This document shows positions 9,738 to 20,240 of a DNA stretch of 64,000 nucleotides, piece after piece (the stretch's first letter is position 1; each line of letters starts with the position of its first letter). The DNA comes from Candidatus Micrarchaeota archaeon (GTDB lineage: Archaea > B1Sed10-29 > B47-G15): positions 1 to 64,000 of the forward strand of contig QMVG01000001.1 in NCBI GenBank assembly GCA_003660975.1, read 5' to 3'. Under the pieces are notes generated by a model. It made no database searches. It had not been told where the DNA came from and saw nothing but the letters and a program-made list of their open reading frames with translations. A program made the translations under genes and the position numbers.

Positions 9738-11667
9738 AAATATCGACAAGAAAAAACTGGCCAAGATACTGAAAAGAGCAGTGAATGAGATAAAACCAGA
9801 GGACATACCTCTATTCGCTGATAGAAGAGATATATTCATACAGCCTGCTCCAAAGATTCACGTTATTGAAGAGGTAAAAGCACCTGAAGAAATTAAGATA
9901 AAGGCTGGAAAGGACATCTTCAAAGAACTTGAAAAAGAGGTAAAGGAAGGCAAAGGCGCTAGCATAATAAAACCAAAGGGCCCTATAGTGCTTGAATTCC
10001 CAAAAATAACAGAGGAATTGAAAACATTTAACGTGATAAACATAAACGAGCTGGGAAAAGGAGAGGTTCTAGGCTTACCTTTCAGCAGCCACACGCTACC
10101 AGAGGTTGAAAAAAGCAAGAAGATAAACAGCGAGTGGGAACCTCCAGAAATGGAAAAAATAGACATGAGATATGCTTTGATAGAACCGTATGCTTATGCT
10201 AGCATTCATTGGGATGGAAAAAATAACGAATTGGTGTACAGTGTAATAGAGCCACCGCTGACTGATAGGGAGAAGAAGATATTGGAACAGCTTAAGGAAA
10301 TGATTTCTGACCTTCTGGACATAAATCTTATGGAAGCTACGAACACCAAGGAACTACAGCAATATCTGAAAAAGAAGATAGACCAATTGATAAGGGACTA
10401 CGAGATAAAGGTTTCTGAGGTTGAATATTGGAAGATATTGTATTACATTTACAGAAACTTCTTGGGTCTTGGGAAGATAGAACCTTTGATGCATGACCCG
10501 AACATTGAGGATATCTCATGCGATGGTGTAAACATACCTATTTTTGTATTCCACAGAAAATTTGGCAGTCTAAAAACTAATATCAAGTTTGAAAGCGATG
10601 ACGAGTTAAATACATTTGTAACAAAGTTGGCGCAACGTTGCGGCAAGCACATAAGTGTTGCTGAACCCCTTTTAGACGCAGCCCTGCCTGACGGGTCGAG
10701 ATTAAGTGCCACATACAGTGCAGGTGGAGACATAGCAACAAAGGGAAGCACGTTCACCATCAGAAAATTTACGAAAGACCCGCTTACCATAATAGACCTA
10801 ATGAATTACGGAACCATACCTGCTACAATGGCTGCTTATCTGTGGTTGGCAATAGAATTTAGGAACTCCACTCTTGTGGCTGGTGGGACAGCAACAGGAA
10901 AAACGAGCACTCTCAACACGCTTTGCTTGTTCATACACCCTGAGGCCAAAATAGTAAGCATTGAAGACACAAGTGAATTGAGGCTACCCCACGAGCATTG
11001 GATAGCGAAAATTGCAAGACCTGGCTATGGGCAGGCAGGAGCCTCTGGAGAAAAGAGAGGAGAGATAAGCATGTTTGACTTGTTAAAGACAGCGCTGAGG
11101 GAGAGACCTGAAGTTATAGTGGTGGGCGAAGTAAGAGGAAAAGAAGCATATGTACTATTCCAAGGTATGGCTACAGGACATATGGGCTTATCAACGATTC
11201 ATGCTGAAAGCATGAACGCAGTTGTCAGCAGGTTGACAACACCTCCTATTAACTTATCACCAGGCCTGCTCCAGCACTTAAAGCTGGTGATAGTCCTGCA
11301 ACATGCACATATAAAGGGGATAGATGTAAGAAGGGTGAAGGAAGTTGTTGAGATAGTAGGCATAGATGCAAGAACTCAGAGACCTATAACAAACCAGATA
11401 TTTAGGTGGGTGCCTTCAGGGGATTATTATGAATTTGCTTCTGACAGGAGTTATATACTAAATAGAATCATAGACGAGAAAGGAGTAAGTGAGCGCAGTG
11501 TCTGGGCAGAGCTGAAAAGAAGGAGAGACATCCTAAATTGGATGAAAAAGAAAAACATAAGATATTATGAGGATGTGGGCAACATAGTTGCCACATATTA
11601 CAAAAATCCAGAGCTTATCTTGGAGAAGGTTTATGGGGAGGAAAATGAAAGCGCCAATATTCAGTAA
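9730..11667 (+). CDS. Type II/IV secretion (pilus assembly) ATPase, module 1
   Basis: DPNIEDISCDG, LPDGSR, TFTIRKF, Walker A GGTATGKTS, SIEDT, LRERPEVIVVGEVRG, TGH..STIHA. Confidence 0.93.
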   Translation: MSENIDKKKLAKILKRAVNEIKPEDIPLFADRRDIFIQPAPKIHVIEEVKAPEEIKIKAGKDIFKELEKEVKEGKGASIIKPKGPIVLEFPKITEELKTFNVININELGKGEVLGLPFSSHTLPEVEKSKKINSEWEPPEMEKIDMRYALIEPYAYASIHWDGKNNELVYSVIEPPLTDREKKILEQLKEMISDLLDINLMEATNTKELQQYLKKKIDQLIRDYEIKVSEVEYWKILYYIYRNFLGLGKIEPLMHDPNIEDISCDGVNIPIFVFHRKFGSLKTNIKFESDDELNTFVTKLAQRCGKHISVAEPLLDAALPDGSRLSATYSAGGDIATKGSTFTIRKFTKDPLTIIDLMNYGTIPATMAAYLWLAIEFRNSTLVAGGTATGKTSTLNTLCLFIHPEAKIVSIEDTSELRLPHEHWIAKIARPGYGQAGASGEKRGEISMFDLLKTALRERPEVIVVGEVRGKEAYVLFQGMATGHMGLSTIHAESMNAVVSRLTTPPINLSPGLLQHLKLVIVLQHAHIKGIDVRRVKEVVEIVGIDARTQRPITNQIFRWVPSGDYYEFASDRSYILNRIIDEKGVSERSVWAELKRRRDILNWMKKKNIRYYEDVGNIVATYYKNPELILEKVYGEENESANIQ

Positions 11668-12550
11668 GCCATATAGGATACTAGCATACAAGATATGCAA
11701 GAAATTGGGTATCTTTTCAATTCCCTTCCTCTCGAGGCAGATGAAAAAAATAAAACCGCTGCTTCTATCAGCAAAGTTGAGAATGACTGAGGAAGAATAT
11801 TTTGGGACTATAATATTTACGACTATGCTGCTATTCCCGTTTGAATCAATTATTTTTTATTTACTGTTGATAACTGTGCCTGCCTTCTCTTTTCTGTCTG
11901 CCTTATTTTTATCCCTGATATTTGCAAGCTTTATGTCGGTTGTCATCTTCGCAGTCTTTCTCATCTATCCAACATATAGAGTTGAACAAATAAAAAGGGA
12001 TATAGAAGCCAATGTTCCGTATGCAGCCATGCATATGGCAACCATTGCTGGCACAGGTGTTCCTACGTATAAAATATTTGAAATGATGGGAAAGTTCAAA
12101 GAATATGGTGAAGTAAGTGATGAATGCAAGAGGATAAGCAGAGACATAAACTTTTTTGGCTATGACATGTTAACAACAATGTCAAAAACAGCCACCAATA
12201 CACCTAGCCCGAGCTTTAAGGACCTGCTCTGGGGTCTGGTTGCAGTGATACGCTCAGGGGGAGATACTAGGCATTTCCTAATGGAAAAGGCCAGGCAGTA
12301 TTTGGAAAGGCAAAAGAACATTGAGAAAGAGTATTTAGATAGCTTAAGCGTGATGGCAGAGTTGTATATAACGCTTTTTGTGGCTGGCCCCATACTCTTC
12401 GTGATCATGGTGACAATTATGGGCAGTATGACAAATCTCGGTCTACCTGTTACTGTTATCCTTTCTGTGCTGATATATTTCATACTTCCGATAGCCTCAA
12501 TAGCATATATTATAATGTTGGAGGGCAGTAAGCCTGTTGGCTTTGAATGA
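11645..12550 (+). CDS. TadC/FlaJ-like pilus platform membrane protein (T2SSF family)
   Basis: Directly follows the ATPase; T2SSF-type pattern (EANVPYA...GVP...TPSPSFKDLLWG...SGGD) with TM helices. Start re-chosen at ATG 11645. Confidence 0.85.
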   Translation: MKAPIFSKPYRILAYKICKKLGIFSIPFLSRQMKKIKPLLLSAKLRMTEEEYFGTIIFTTMLLFPFESIIFYLLLITVPAFSFLSALFLSLIFASFMSVVIFAVFLIYPTYRVEQIKRDIEANVPYAAMHMATIAGTGVPTYKIFEMMGKFKEYGEVSDECKRISRDINFFGYDMLTTMSKTATNTPSPSFKDLLWGLVAVIRSGGDTRHFLMEKARQYLERQKNIEKEYLDSLSVMAELYITLFVAGPILFVIMVTIMGSMTNLGLPVTVILSVLIYFILPIASIAYIIMLEGSKPVGFE

Positions 12551-12559
12551 GGTGCGTGC

Positions 12560-13714
12560 ATGAAGATAAACATAGACAGAAAAAGCCTGCTGATAATGGT
12601 ATCAGGCTTGATACTGCTGTTAATTGATATTCTGTTCCTGTTGGAAAGCCCCTATTTCCAAAATCTTGTGATTATCTCCATTATGGTTATAAGCGCTCCG
12701 CTTTTGATAAGGCAGTATCTGGAATATAGGCGGATAAAACTTATAGAGAGATACCTCCCAGATTTCCTTAGGGATGTTGCAGAAGCCAGAAAATCAGGCA
12801 TGCCTCTTATAAGGGCAATACAAAACGCAAGTAAGGGAAATTATGGGCCATTGACTGAGGAAATGAAGAAAGTCAGCAACCAATTGTCATGGGGTGTCTC
12901 TCTTGAAGAGGCTCTGAGGAAGTTCATGGAAAGGGTAAACAGCAAATTTGTAAAACAGGCAGTGCTCATAATAATAGAAGCATATAAATCAGGGGGAGAA
13001 ATATCAAACATATTAGAAACAGTAAGCACGGACATAGAAACATTAAAGGAAATGGAAAGTGAGAGGAAGAGCAAACTTAAGATATACACCTATTCAATGT
13101 ATATGATATTCTTGCTTTTTCTAATGATAATAATAGTGCTTGCTGTTACATTTATTCCTGCCACGCCTGAGCTTGCAAGCGTTGCTAAGATAATGGGAGG
13201 ACAGACTCAGGAGGTTGCTGAAGCCGACTTCTTGACACTATTCTTCCATCTGGCCTTAATAGAGGCAGTGTTTGCTGGTTTGATAAGCGGGCAGATGGGT
13301 GAAGGCAGCATAATAGCAGGTATAAAACACAGCGTGATTCTTGTTGTAATTACTATGCTGGTTTTCTCCTTTTTCATTTCACAGGCGCCTTTTTCATCCA
13401 AAATTGCGGAAGAGATAATAAAGTCTCCTCCAGGGGTGGAAAGCACGCTTTCCATACAAAAGATATATGTTCTGGATAAGGATGTTAGCAGCATGGAGAT
13501 TATAGAGGAGTTAAGAAAAAAGGCGCCTAATCCAGAGGTATTCAGTGATATAACTCCCAATGATGTGTTCTTTAGGGCTGAAAACTGCAAACCATGCAGT
13601 AGGGGAGATATAGAAGTCAGAGCACATTCTATAAAAGTGAACAAAGCAAGTAGGATACATTACATAGTTAAGCAACGCAACAAAAAATATTATGTGAGTA
13701 TTGGGGGAGAGTAA
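12560..13714 (+). CDS. TadC-like platform protein with an extra C-terminal domain
   Basis: LPDFLRDVAEARKSGMPL, QLSWGVSLEEAL, SGGEISNIL, GLISGQMGEG..AGIKH, then a ~110-aa tail containing CKPC. Confidence 0.87.
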   Translation: MKINIDRKSLLIMVSGLILLLIDILFLLESPYFQNLVIISIMVISAPLLIRQYLEYRRIKLIERYLPDFLRDVAEARKSGMPLIRAIQNASKGNYGPLTEEMKKVSNQLSWGVSLEEALRKFMERVNSKFVKQAVLIIIEAYKSGGEISNILETVSTDIETLKEMESERKSKLKIYTYSMYMIFLLFLMIIIVLAVTFIPATPELASVAKIMGGQTQEVAEADFLTLFFHLALIEAVFAGLISGQMGEGSIIAGIKHSVILVVITMLVFSFFISQAPFSSKIAEEIIKSPPGVESTLSIQKIYVLDKDVSSMEIIEELRKKAPNPEVFSDITPNDVFFRAENCKPCSRGDIEVRAHSIKVNKASRIHYIVKQRNKKYYVSIGGE

Positions 13715-14232
13715 TGAGAGCGAACCTTAACTTTGACTTTATAGTTGCCCTGGCTCTCTTTGTAACTGCATATGCTACCTTAACCACCAGTATGCCTTCA
13801 TTTGCTATTGGGTACAGGGCTTTGGAAGACCCTCTCCTCGTCGACTCAGAATATTTGCTTCATACACTTATTGCAAACGCAGGCGAACCTGGAAACTGGA
13901 GCTCCACGACACAAGTGAATAGGATAGGATTAGCATACTTTAACAGGACAAGCTATCCCTATGTGCTTTCACTGGAAAAAATAAAAGCAGTAAATGGTAA
14001 AGACTGCGCATCCTTTCTAGATAAGACAGACACAAATATAAACTTCAAGTTCAGGGTGGATGTTAAGAAAGGAACAAAAAGCTCAAGTTATGAATGCAAT
14101 GCAGAGCTTCCGCTTGGAGCCAGGCTCATCCAGAGGCCTGTTAAGGTTGCTTACATTGAGGGGGTAGGCAAAGATGCAAAGGTAATATATAATGTGTCAA
14201 GATTTTATCTTTGGACCTGGCTGGCCAAATAG
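13714..14232 (+). CDS. Minor pilin-like protein
   Basis: MRA/NLNFDFIVALALF class III-like N-terminus and a GEPGNW motif. Confidence 0.7.
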   Translation: MRANLNFDFIVALALFVTAYATLTTSMPSFAIGYRALEDPLLVDSEYLLHTLIANAGEPGNWSSTTQVNRIGLAYFNRTSYPYVLSLEKIKAVNGKDCASFLDKTDTNINFKFRVDVKKGTKSSSYECNAELPLGARLIQRPVKVAYIEGVGKDAKVIYNVSRFYLWTWLAK

Positions 14233-14240
14233 GTGTTAGT

Positions 14241-14672
14241 ATGAAAGGATTTATGCATCTCACTGAGGCAATCATTGCAATCATGCTGTTGATGGTAGTA
14301 TTGAATGCTGTTCAGAGCAATATTGGGGAAAGATATGAGGACTTTAGCGGCACGTATAGGTTGAAATCCCTAGCAGATAGCCTTGTCTTTTCTGTCTGCA
14401 ATGACCAAAATGTAAGGCAGCACTTGGTGAACAATGACTTAACGTATATTTCAAGTTCAGAGCTTGATTGGGCACTGCCTAAAGATGTTTCTTACAAAAT
14501 AGTACTTTACTCGCAAGGAGGCAATGTAATTGGCTCTATAGGCTATCAGCCATCCGAGAAGGATGTGGTTGTCACGAGCAGCTGTTTGATATCAGGGTAT
14601 ATGGAGATAAACAATATGTCCAACTACTCATACGCTCCGCGAAAACTAGTGGCTATGTTGTGGAATAGGTGA
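14241..14672 (+). CDS. Minor pilin-like protein
   Basis: MKG/FMHLTEAIIAIMLL class III signal; start re-chosen after an AGGTG RBS. Confidence 0.72.
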   Translation: MKGFMHLTEAIIAIMLLMVVLNAVQSNIGERYEDFSGTYRLKSLADSLVFSVCNDQNVRQHLVNNDLTYISSSELDWALPKDVSYKIVLYSQGGNVIGSIGYQPSEKDVVVTSSCLISGYMEINNMSNYSYAPRKLVAMLWNR

Positions 14673-14676
14673 TTTC

Positions 14677-14955
14677 ATGAATAGGGGACAGTTTTTCATA
14701 TTGACTGTGGTGCTTGTCTCTGTGCTGATTGCTGCTGTCGCAGAAAATTACTTTTTTGAATTGGAAGCAAAAAGGAGCTTTAACAGGATAGAAAGCAATT
14801 ATGCCCTTATGGAAAATATCAAGACAGAGCTGGCAATCGTCACTATGATGGATCCTATGAATAGCACAAGAATAAAGAACTTCACATTATACATAGCAAA
14901 CGAAAGTAAAAAGGCAAATATTAAAGCAAATATAACAACGAGGTTATTGCCGTGA
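14677..14955 (+). CDS. Small pilin-like protein
   Basis: MNRG/QFFILTVVLVSVLIAAV; GGTGA RBS upstream. Confidence 0.72.
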   Translation: MNRGQFFILTVVLVSVLIAAVAENYFFELEAKRSFNRIESNYALMENIKTELAIVTMMDPMNSTRIKNFTLYIANESKKANIKANITTRLLP

Positions 14956-17264
14956 AAAAATTGTTATTAATCATTATGTTTGCATTGCTCATTAATCTTG
15001 CTTACTCAGCAGAGGCCAGATGGTCTGACACTATGAGGATAACAAATAACGCTGTGAGAGATAGCTTTACAGATATCTCATGCACAAGCCCATACTTCTG
15101 CATGGCTGTTTGGCAATGGGAGATATCAAGTAACAGATATGAAATAAATGCTTCATTTTGGGATGGCAATTCCTGGAGCACAGCAATGAATTTGACTTTA
15201 ATGAACTCACTTGAGAGGAATACGCGCCCAACTGTGTCATGTATTTCTCCTTCATTCTGCATGGCGGCTTGGGAGTACAATGACCTAGTAAATCCCACGC
15301 AGATAGCATATTCTACATGGAACGGATTGTCATGGTCAAGGGCCTCTGTGCTGACCTCTGCAAGCAGGGCGCAGAGTTGGCCTACATTAAAGTGCCTTGA
15401 CATTAGCGGAAACACGTGGTGCATGCTCGTCTGGGTAAATGATACGGGCATAGGCCTGAAACTCTCGTATTGGGACTATGACCAAAATGCTTACAATGGC
15501 TGGGACCCTGCAAAGGCACCCCAGGGTCTCCAGATAAATACTGGCTCTGCTGATGTAACAAGGCCTGATGTTGACTGCAATAGCAATAATTTCTGCGTGG
15601 CGTCGTACACTGAATTAACACTGCCAAGCACCATAAAAGCTGTGAAATGGGCTGGCTCATCTTGGGGGACTATTTCAGGCACTGTGTCTGGGTCTCTCTC
15701 AAATGACAATGACTTTTCATCAGTTGCTTGCGGAAATGAAATTGCTCCTGTTTTAACAGATTACTGTGAATTTGCGTGGGAAAATCTGGGCAGTCCGAAT
15801 TCAGTTTACCACAACAATTACAATGATTTCACGCCTTCTTTGGGAAGCCCAACAAGTATTACATCAAACAACAAAGGGGGAAAGCCAGATTTGAGCTGCA
15901 CCAAAAATGCAAATCACATGAACTGCACTTTTGTATGGAATAATTATACTGGCTCCCAATGGGAAATAGTTGGAACTGCGTATGAGGGGGGGTGGGTCTA
16001 TGACCCTGCAGTGAATATAAGTAATTCATCGTCCAGCAATGCCAATGCAAGTATATCTCAACCTGTTGATTGGTTTTCAATGACTGTCTTTCAAGAAAAT
16101 GACGGAGACGAGGAGATATACGCGGTCTACTCACAGAAAAATATACCTCCATACAATTTTCAAGCTAACGACAACGGAGCAGGGAATATTGACAATTACA
16201 CAGATGTTAAGATATCTGCTACATGGACTGACCCAAATCTTAATGAAATTGTAAACCTCTTTGTTGCCAATAACAGTAAGTTTATAGGCTGCAATAAAAG
16301 CAGCAGCAGCTGGTGCTTGTGTACAGATATGGGGCAAACAGATGGAGATGGAGAGTGCATTATAGACACTGCCAAGCAAAAGAACAAAGTGTGGTGGTAT
16401 GCAAGAGCCTGTGATGATGAGTGGAACTGCTCTGCTTATGACAATGACTCATACTATGTAACGCAAAAGAACAAGCCATATCTAACATACGTGGACGTGA
16501 AACCAGATAACCCGAACACCACAGTCAGTTTATCGTGTAATTTCAGGGCAAGCGACGCAGATAGCACTGATAAACTGCATGCTAACATAACGTGGTTTGT
16601 GAATGTGACTCCAGACAGTTTTATGCATGTGGATGACTATGATGTTATAAACACCCCGCTTCCAAATGGCGATCCTGGAAATGTGAGCCCCCTGAAGATT
16701 CCATATGACCATGTAAACCATACGAAGCATAGAGTATGGAAATGCCAAGTAACTGTAAGGGATGGCACCGGAACGCCTTATGACGCTAAAAACGGATCAG
16801 AGGAGATAGTAAACAGCTTGGCTGAGATATCCTCAATAAGCCTTAATCCAAAACCAGCGTATCCCTTTGATGATTTGGTCTGCAACACGACTGTGAGTGA
16901 TGCTGATGGGGACAACCTAAACGTACAGTACAGGTTTGACAAGGATGGGCTGTTGTTTAGGACTGGCACTGCCACTTGTTGGGGAAGCCCGCCGTACAAG
17001 TGCAATGCAACTGTTGGCAGTCCTGCTACATCTGCTGGGGAAACATGGAAGTGTACAATGAATGTCACTGATGATGAAACCAATCCTTCGCTGGCAGATG
17101 TAGATTATGACACCCTTCAAATAAATTATCCTCAAGGCAATTGCGATGTTTATATAAATTGCAGTGCTGATACCTGTAAGTTCGCAAGAGAGTTTAATAT
17201 TAGTTTAAGTCCTTTTGAAGGATATGCAAGAATCAAAAGCAAATATAAGGTGTGCTGGTCATGA
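14952..17264 (+). CDS. Secreted Cys-rich adhesin-like protein (putative 7-bladed beta-propeller plus Ig-like domains)
   Basis: Sec signal peptide. Repeated (I/V)SC...C(M/V)(A/F)(V/A)W units, then Ig-like repeats (SDADSTD, SDADGDNL, W.C..TV.D). Confidence 0.65.
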   Translation: MKKLLLIIMFALLINLAYSAEARWSDTMRITNNAVRDSFTDISCTSPYFCMAVWQWEISSNRYEINASFWDGNSWSTAMNLTLMNSLERNTRPTVSCISPSFCMAAWEYNDLVNPTQIAYSTWNGLSWSRASVLTSASRAQSWPTLKCLDISGNTWCMLVWVNDTGIGLKLSYWDYDQNAYNGWDPAKAPQGLQINTGSADVTRPDVDCNSNNFCVASYTELTLPSTIKAVKWAGSSWGTISGTVSGSLSNDNDFSSVACGNEIAPVLTDYCEFAWENLGSPNSVYHNNYNDFTPSLGSPTSITSNNKGGKPDLSCTKNANHMNCTFVWNNYTGSQWEIVGTAYEGGWVYDPAVNISNSSSSNANASISQPVDWFSMTVFQENDGDEEIYAVYSQKNIPPYNFQANDNGAGNIDNYTDVKISATWTDPNLNEIVNLFVANNSKFIGCNKSSSSWCLCTDMGQTDGDGECIIDTAKQKNKVWWYARACDDEWNCSAYDNDSYYVTQKNKPYLTYVDVKPDNPNTTVSLSCNFRASDADSTDKLHANITWFVNVTPDSFMHVDDYDVINTPLPNGDPGNVSPLKIPYDHVNHTKHRVWKCQVTVRDGTGTPYDAKNGSEEIVNSLAEISSISLNPKPAYPFDDLVCNTTVSDADGDNLNVQYRFDKDGLLFRTGTATCWGSPPYKCNATVGSPATSAGETWKCTMNVTDDETNPSLADVDYDTLQINYPQGNCDVYINCSADTCKFAREFNISLSPFEGYARIKSKYKVCWS

Positions 17265-17800
17265 TACGCTTTAAAAAAGAAGAGTTCAAAGTAGAGGTTG
17301 CGGATAAATTTTGGAAAAAGGTCATAGGCCTTATGTTCAGAAAAAAGCTGGACCACGCCCTGCTAATTCCATTAAATAAAGAGACAAGAAAAGGAGCTAG
17401 CATACACTCTATGTTTATGAGGTTCACATTTGATGCTATTTTTTTAAATAAGGACTTGGAAGTCGTTGATATGGCCACCATAAAACCGTGGACGCTAAAC
17501 TTCACCCCAAAGGCCGCGGCAAAGTACATAGTAGAGGTGCCTGAATACACCATAGTAAAGAACCTAATAAACCTCGGGGATGTCATAGAAATAGATGAAA
17601 TAGAAAAGGAGCCGGAGCCTGAACGCATTGAACACTACGAAAAAACATTTGCTCCAATAAAGAGAGACATAAAGGCGTTCAAGCAGAGTCCATCTATTCC
17701 TTACTTCCTGAAAAACTATTTTATCAAGAAAAAATTAACTGCAAGTAATAAAGAAAGGTTAGAAAAACCTAATAATAAGAAGCAGAAGCAAAAGAGATAA
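17261..17800 (+). CDS. DUF192 family protein
   Basis: VEVAD.FWKK..GLMFRK, SIHSMFMRF.FDAIFL, YIVEVP. Confidence 0.85.
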   Translation: MIRFKKEEFKVEVADKFWKKVIGLMFRKKLDHALLIPLNKETRKGASIHSMFMRFTFDAIFLNKDLEVVDMATIKPWTLNFTPKAAAKYIVEVPEYTIVKNLINLGDVIEIDEIEKEPEPERIEHYEKTFAPIKRDIKAFKQSPSIPYFLKNYFIKKKLTASNKERLEKPNNKKQKQKR

Positions 17801-19422
17801 TGCGCTTAAGCTTGGACAGGGAAAAGTGTACTGATTGCGGAGCATGTTTGGAAAGCTGTCCCATGCAACCAAGAGACGTAAGCATATCCCAGTTTCTAAA
17901 CTGCCCTTGTGAAGCAAAACCTTGCCTGTCTGTTTGTCCTGAAAAAGCAATTGAAGAGAGAAATGGCGCTGTTGTAATAAACAGAAAGAAATGCAATGAC
18001 TGTGGCAAGTGTATAGAGGTATGTCCGAATCATGCAATAGGCAGGGATAAGGATGGGCATGTAGTCAAATGTGATATGGGCTTTTCATTTGGTTATCCAA
18101 AATGCGTGCAGACCTGCCCGTATAATGCTATAAAATACGAACTCACGGAGGAAGAAAAGGAGAAGATAAGTGAATGGATAGGTTGGGAAAAGAGTGATGA
18201 GGCAGAATATAAGGCAGACGTGAGGCGCATAGGTTTTGAGGAAGCAAGAATCATACACAACACAATAAAGATATTCAGAAGGGAGTTCAACGATTACGAC
18301 GAAAATATCATAAGGAAAATAATCAATGCCTACTGCGACAAGAAAAACATAGAAATTGAGAAAAAACTTTTTGAGAAGATTGTAAAGCAGGTTGAATCCG
18401 AAATCAGGGGTTATGGAGTGCTTGACCTATTTTTGAATGACGATGACTTAGAGGAAATTGCTGTTATTGGGAGCAACAAACCAATATATGTTTACCATAA
18501 GGACAAAGGCTGGCTTAAAAGCAATGTGACGGTAACTAATGAACAGAAGATAATAGACCTAGCCAATAAAATGAGCAGAGACCTGGGAAGAAGAATCACT
18601 ATGCAAAAACCAAGAATAAATGCCAACATAAAACTTGGCAGAATCCATGCAGGCATGAGGCCTGTTGCCTTCTCAGGCGCTTGCCTGACAATAAGGAAAT
18701 TTAGGAGGAAGTTATTCAGCCCCGAGGAATTGGTGCAAAACCAAAGCATAAGCAAGGAAGCATTGCACTTTTTAGCAATGGCTATGAAATCAGATGTAAG
18801 CATAATGGTCGTTGGGAACACAGGCAGCGGAAAAACAACGCTAATGAACGCACTTTTTGATTTTATTCCGTTAAATGAACGCATTATCATTGTTGAGGAG
18901 ACGCCTGAAATAAATGTGAAGCACCCGCACCAGATTAGATTAACAGTTTCAGAGGATTTGGACATAAGCATGCATGAGCTAATTGAGGACACATTGAGGA
19001 TGAGGCCTGATAGGGTCATAGTTGGAGAAATAAGAAGCCCTGAAGAGGTAAAGGCATTCATAAACACGATGTTGGCAGGCCAGGGCAAGGCCTCTTATGC
19101 CACATTTCACGCCCAAAACGCAGAGGAGGCACTGATCAGAATGCAGAGCATGGGGATAAACCCAATGGACCTCAATGCTCTGGACCTGATAGTAAGCCAA
19201 AGAAGATGGTCTGAAATAGGAAGAACAGGAGAGGTTAGAAGGGTTGTTGAGATCGCCTCTGTAGAGAAAAATTACAGGGGAAGTCCAAGGATAAAACATT
19301 TGTTCAAATATGATATGAGAAAGAAAAAGCTGGAAATGAAAACGCTTGAGGGGCCTGCTGTTGAAAAGATATGTTTGAGCTATGGGATTAAGGCAAAAGA
19401 TTTAATGAGGACCAAAGTATGA
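17800..19422 (+). CDS. CpaF/TadA-like secretion ATPase with N-terminal 4Fe-4S polyferredoxin domain, module 2
   Basis: CTDCGACLESCP, CLSVCP, CNDCGKCIEVCP and CVQTCP, followed by LTIRKF, GNTGSGKTT, LRMRPDRVIVGEIR and ATFHA. Confidence 0.9.
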   Translation: MRLSLDREKCTDCGACLESCPMQPRDVSISQFLNCPCEAKPCLSVCPEKAIEERNGAVVINRKKCNDCGKCIEVCPNHAIGRDKDGHVVKCDMGFSFGYPKCVQTCPYNAIKYELTEEEKEKISEWIGWEKSDEAEYKADVRRIGFEEARIIHNTIKIFRREFNDYDENIIRKIINAYCDKKNIEIEKKLFEKIVKQVESEIRGYGVLDLFLNDDDLEEIAVIGSNKPIYVYHKDKGWLKSNVTVTNEQKIIDLANKMSRDLGRRITMQKPRINANIKLGRIHAGMRPVAFSGACLTIRKFRRKLFSPEELVQNQSISKEALHFLAMAMKSDVSIMVVGNTGSGKTTLMNALFDFIPLNERIIIVEETPEINVKHPHQIRLTVSEDLDISMHELIEDTLRMRPDRVIVGEIRSPEEVKAFINTMLAGQGKASYATFHAQNAEEALIRMQSMGINPMDLNALDLIVSQRRWSEIGRTGEVRRVVEIASVEKNYRGSPRIKHLFKYDMRKKKLEMKTLEGPAVEKICLSYGIKAKDLMRTKV

Positions 19423-20240
19423 GGGACATTATGGACGAAGCAGTGGAATCTGCTTATGCTAACTTATCAGTTATTGCCAAGTATTTTTATGACAAAAAAT
19501 TTGAAAAAGCGCTAAAAGAGGCCCAAATGCCTTACAGCGCTTTGGAATATACCTCATTTGCGATTGCCTTAGGCATTGTCTCTGCAATTTTCTCAACACT
19601 CCTAATTGCAGTCACTGAGCTGTGGTTTGCTTTTCTTCCGCTTGCTTTCGCGTTTGCCTATACATTGGCAATGCTTTATCCAAAGCAAAAAGCAGTGCAT
19701 ATAAGAAAAGCAGTTGAAAAGGAAATTCCTGATTTTCTCAGAGATGTGGCCCTTGAGCTAAACGCAGGCAGCTCATTTGAAAAAGCTCTGCTGACTTATT
19801 CCAAGAAAGGAACAGTGTTCTCACAATTAGTCAGAAAAGCTGTGCTCTCAATAAAGCACGGTGGGAGCGTCCAGGAGGCACTGGGCTCTCTGGCATTGAT
19901 GACTTCATCAAAGAGGTTGATGAGAACAGTTAATGCCTTAATATCTGTATACGAAAAAACATCCAAGAAACAGGGAGACATACTGCAAAAGCTAGCGAGA
20001 GATTTTTCCAGAGAGGATTATGCTAGACTGAAAGAATATCACTCAAAGGTAGCTGTCTATTCCTTGATTTTCATAACTTTCTCATCTGTGCTTCCTGCCA
20101 TGTACCAAGGCTTTGTGGCAATTGCTTCAAGGTTCTTGAGCATTGGCATAAGCCCTGAGCAAGCCCTATTAATACCTGCTCTTTTATTCCCGCTCTTAAA
20201 CATCCTCATAATAGCCATAGTGAGGGAGAAAGCCCCATGA
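19419..20240 (+). CDS. TadB/TadC-like platform protein
   Basis: EIPDFLRDVALELNAGSSFEKAL, TM helices, overlaps the ATPase stop. Confidence 0.82.
   Translation: MRDIMDEAVESAYANLSVIAKYFYDKKFEKALKEAQMPYSALEYTSFAIALGIVSAIFSTLLIAVTELWFAFLPLAFAFAYTLAMLYPKQKAVHIRKAVEKEIPDFLRDVALELNAGSSFEKALLTYSKKGTVFSQLVRKAVLSIKHGGSVQEALGSLALMTSSKRLMRTVNALISVYEKTSKKQGDILQKLARDFSREDYARLKEYHSKVAVYSLIFITFSSVLPAMYQGFVAIASRFLSIGISPEQALLIPALLFPLLNILIIAIVREKAP

Noticed and set aside
8692-14955. Archaellum (fla/arl) operon
   Set aside because: No FlaH/ArlH, FlaF/G or clear archaellin is present. Two separate TadC genes and minor pilins fit a type IV pilus better.
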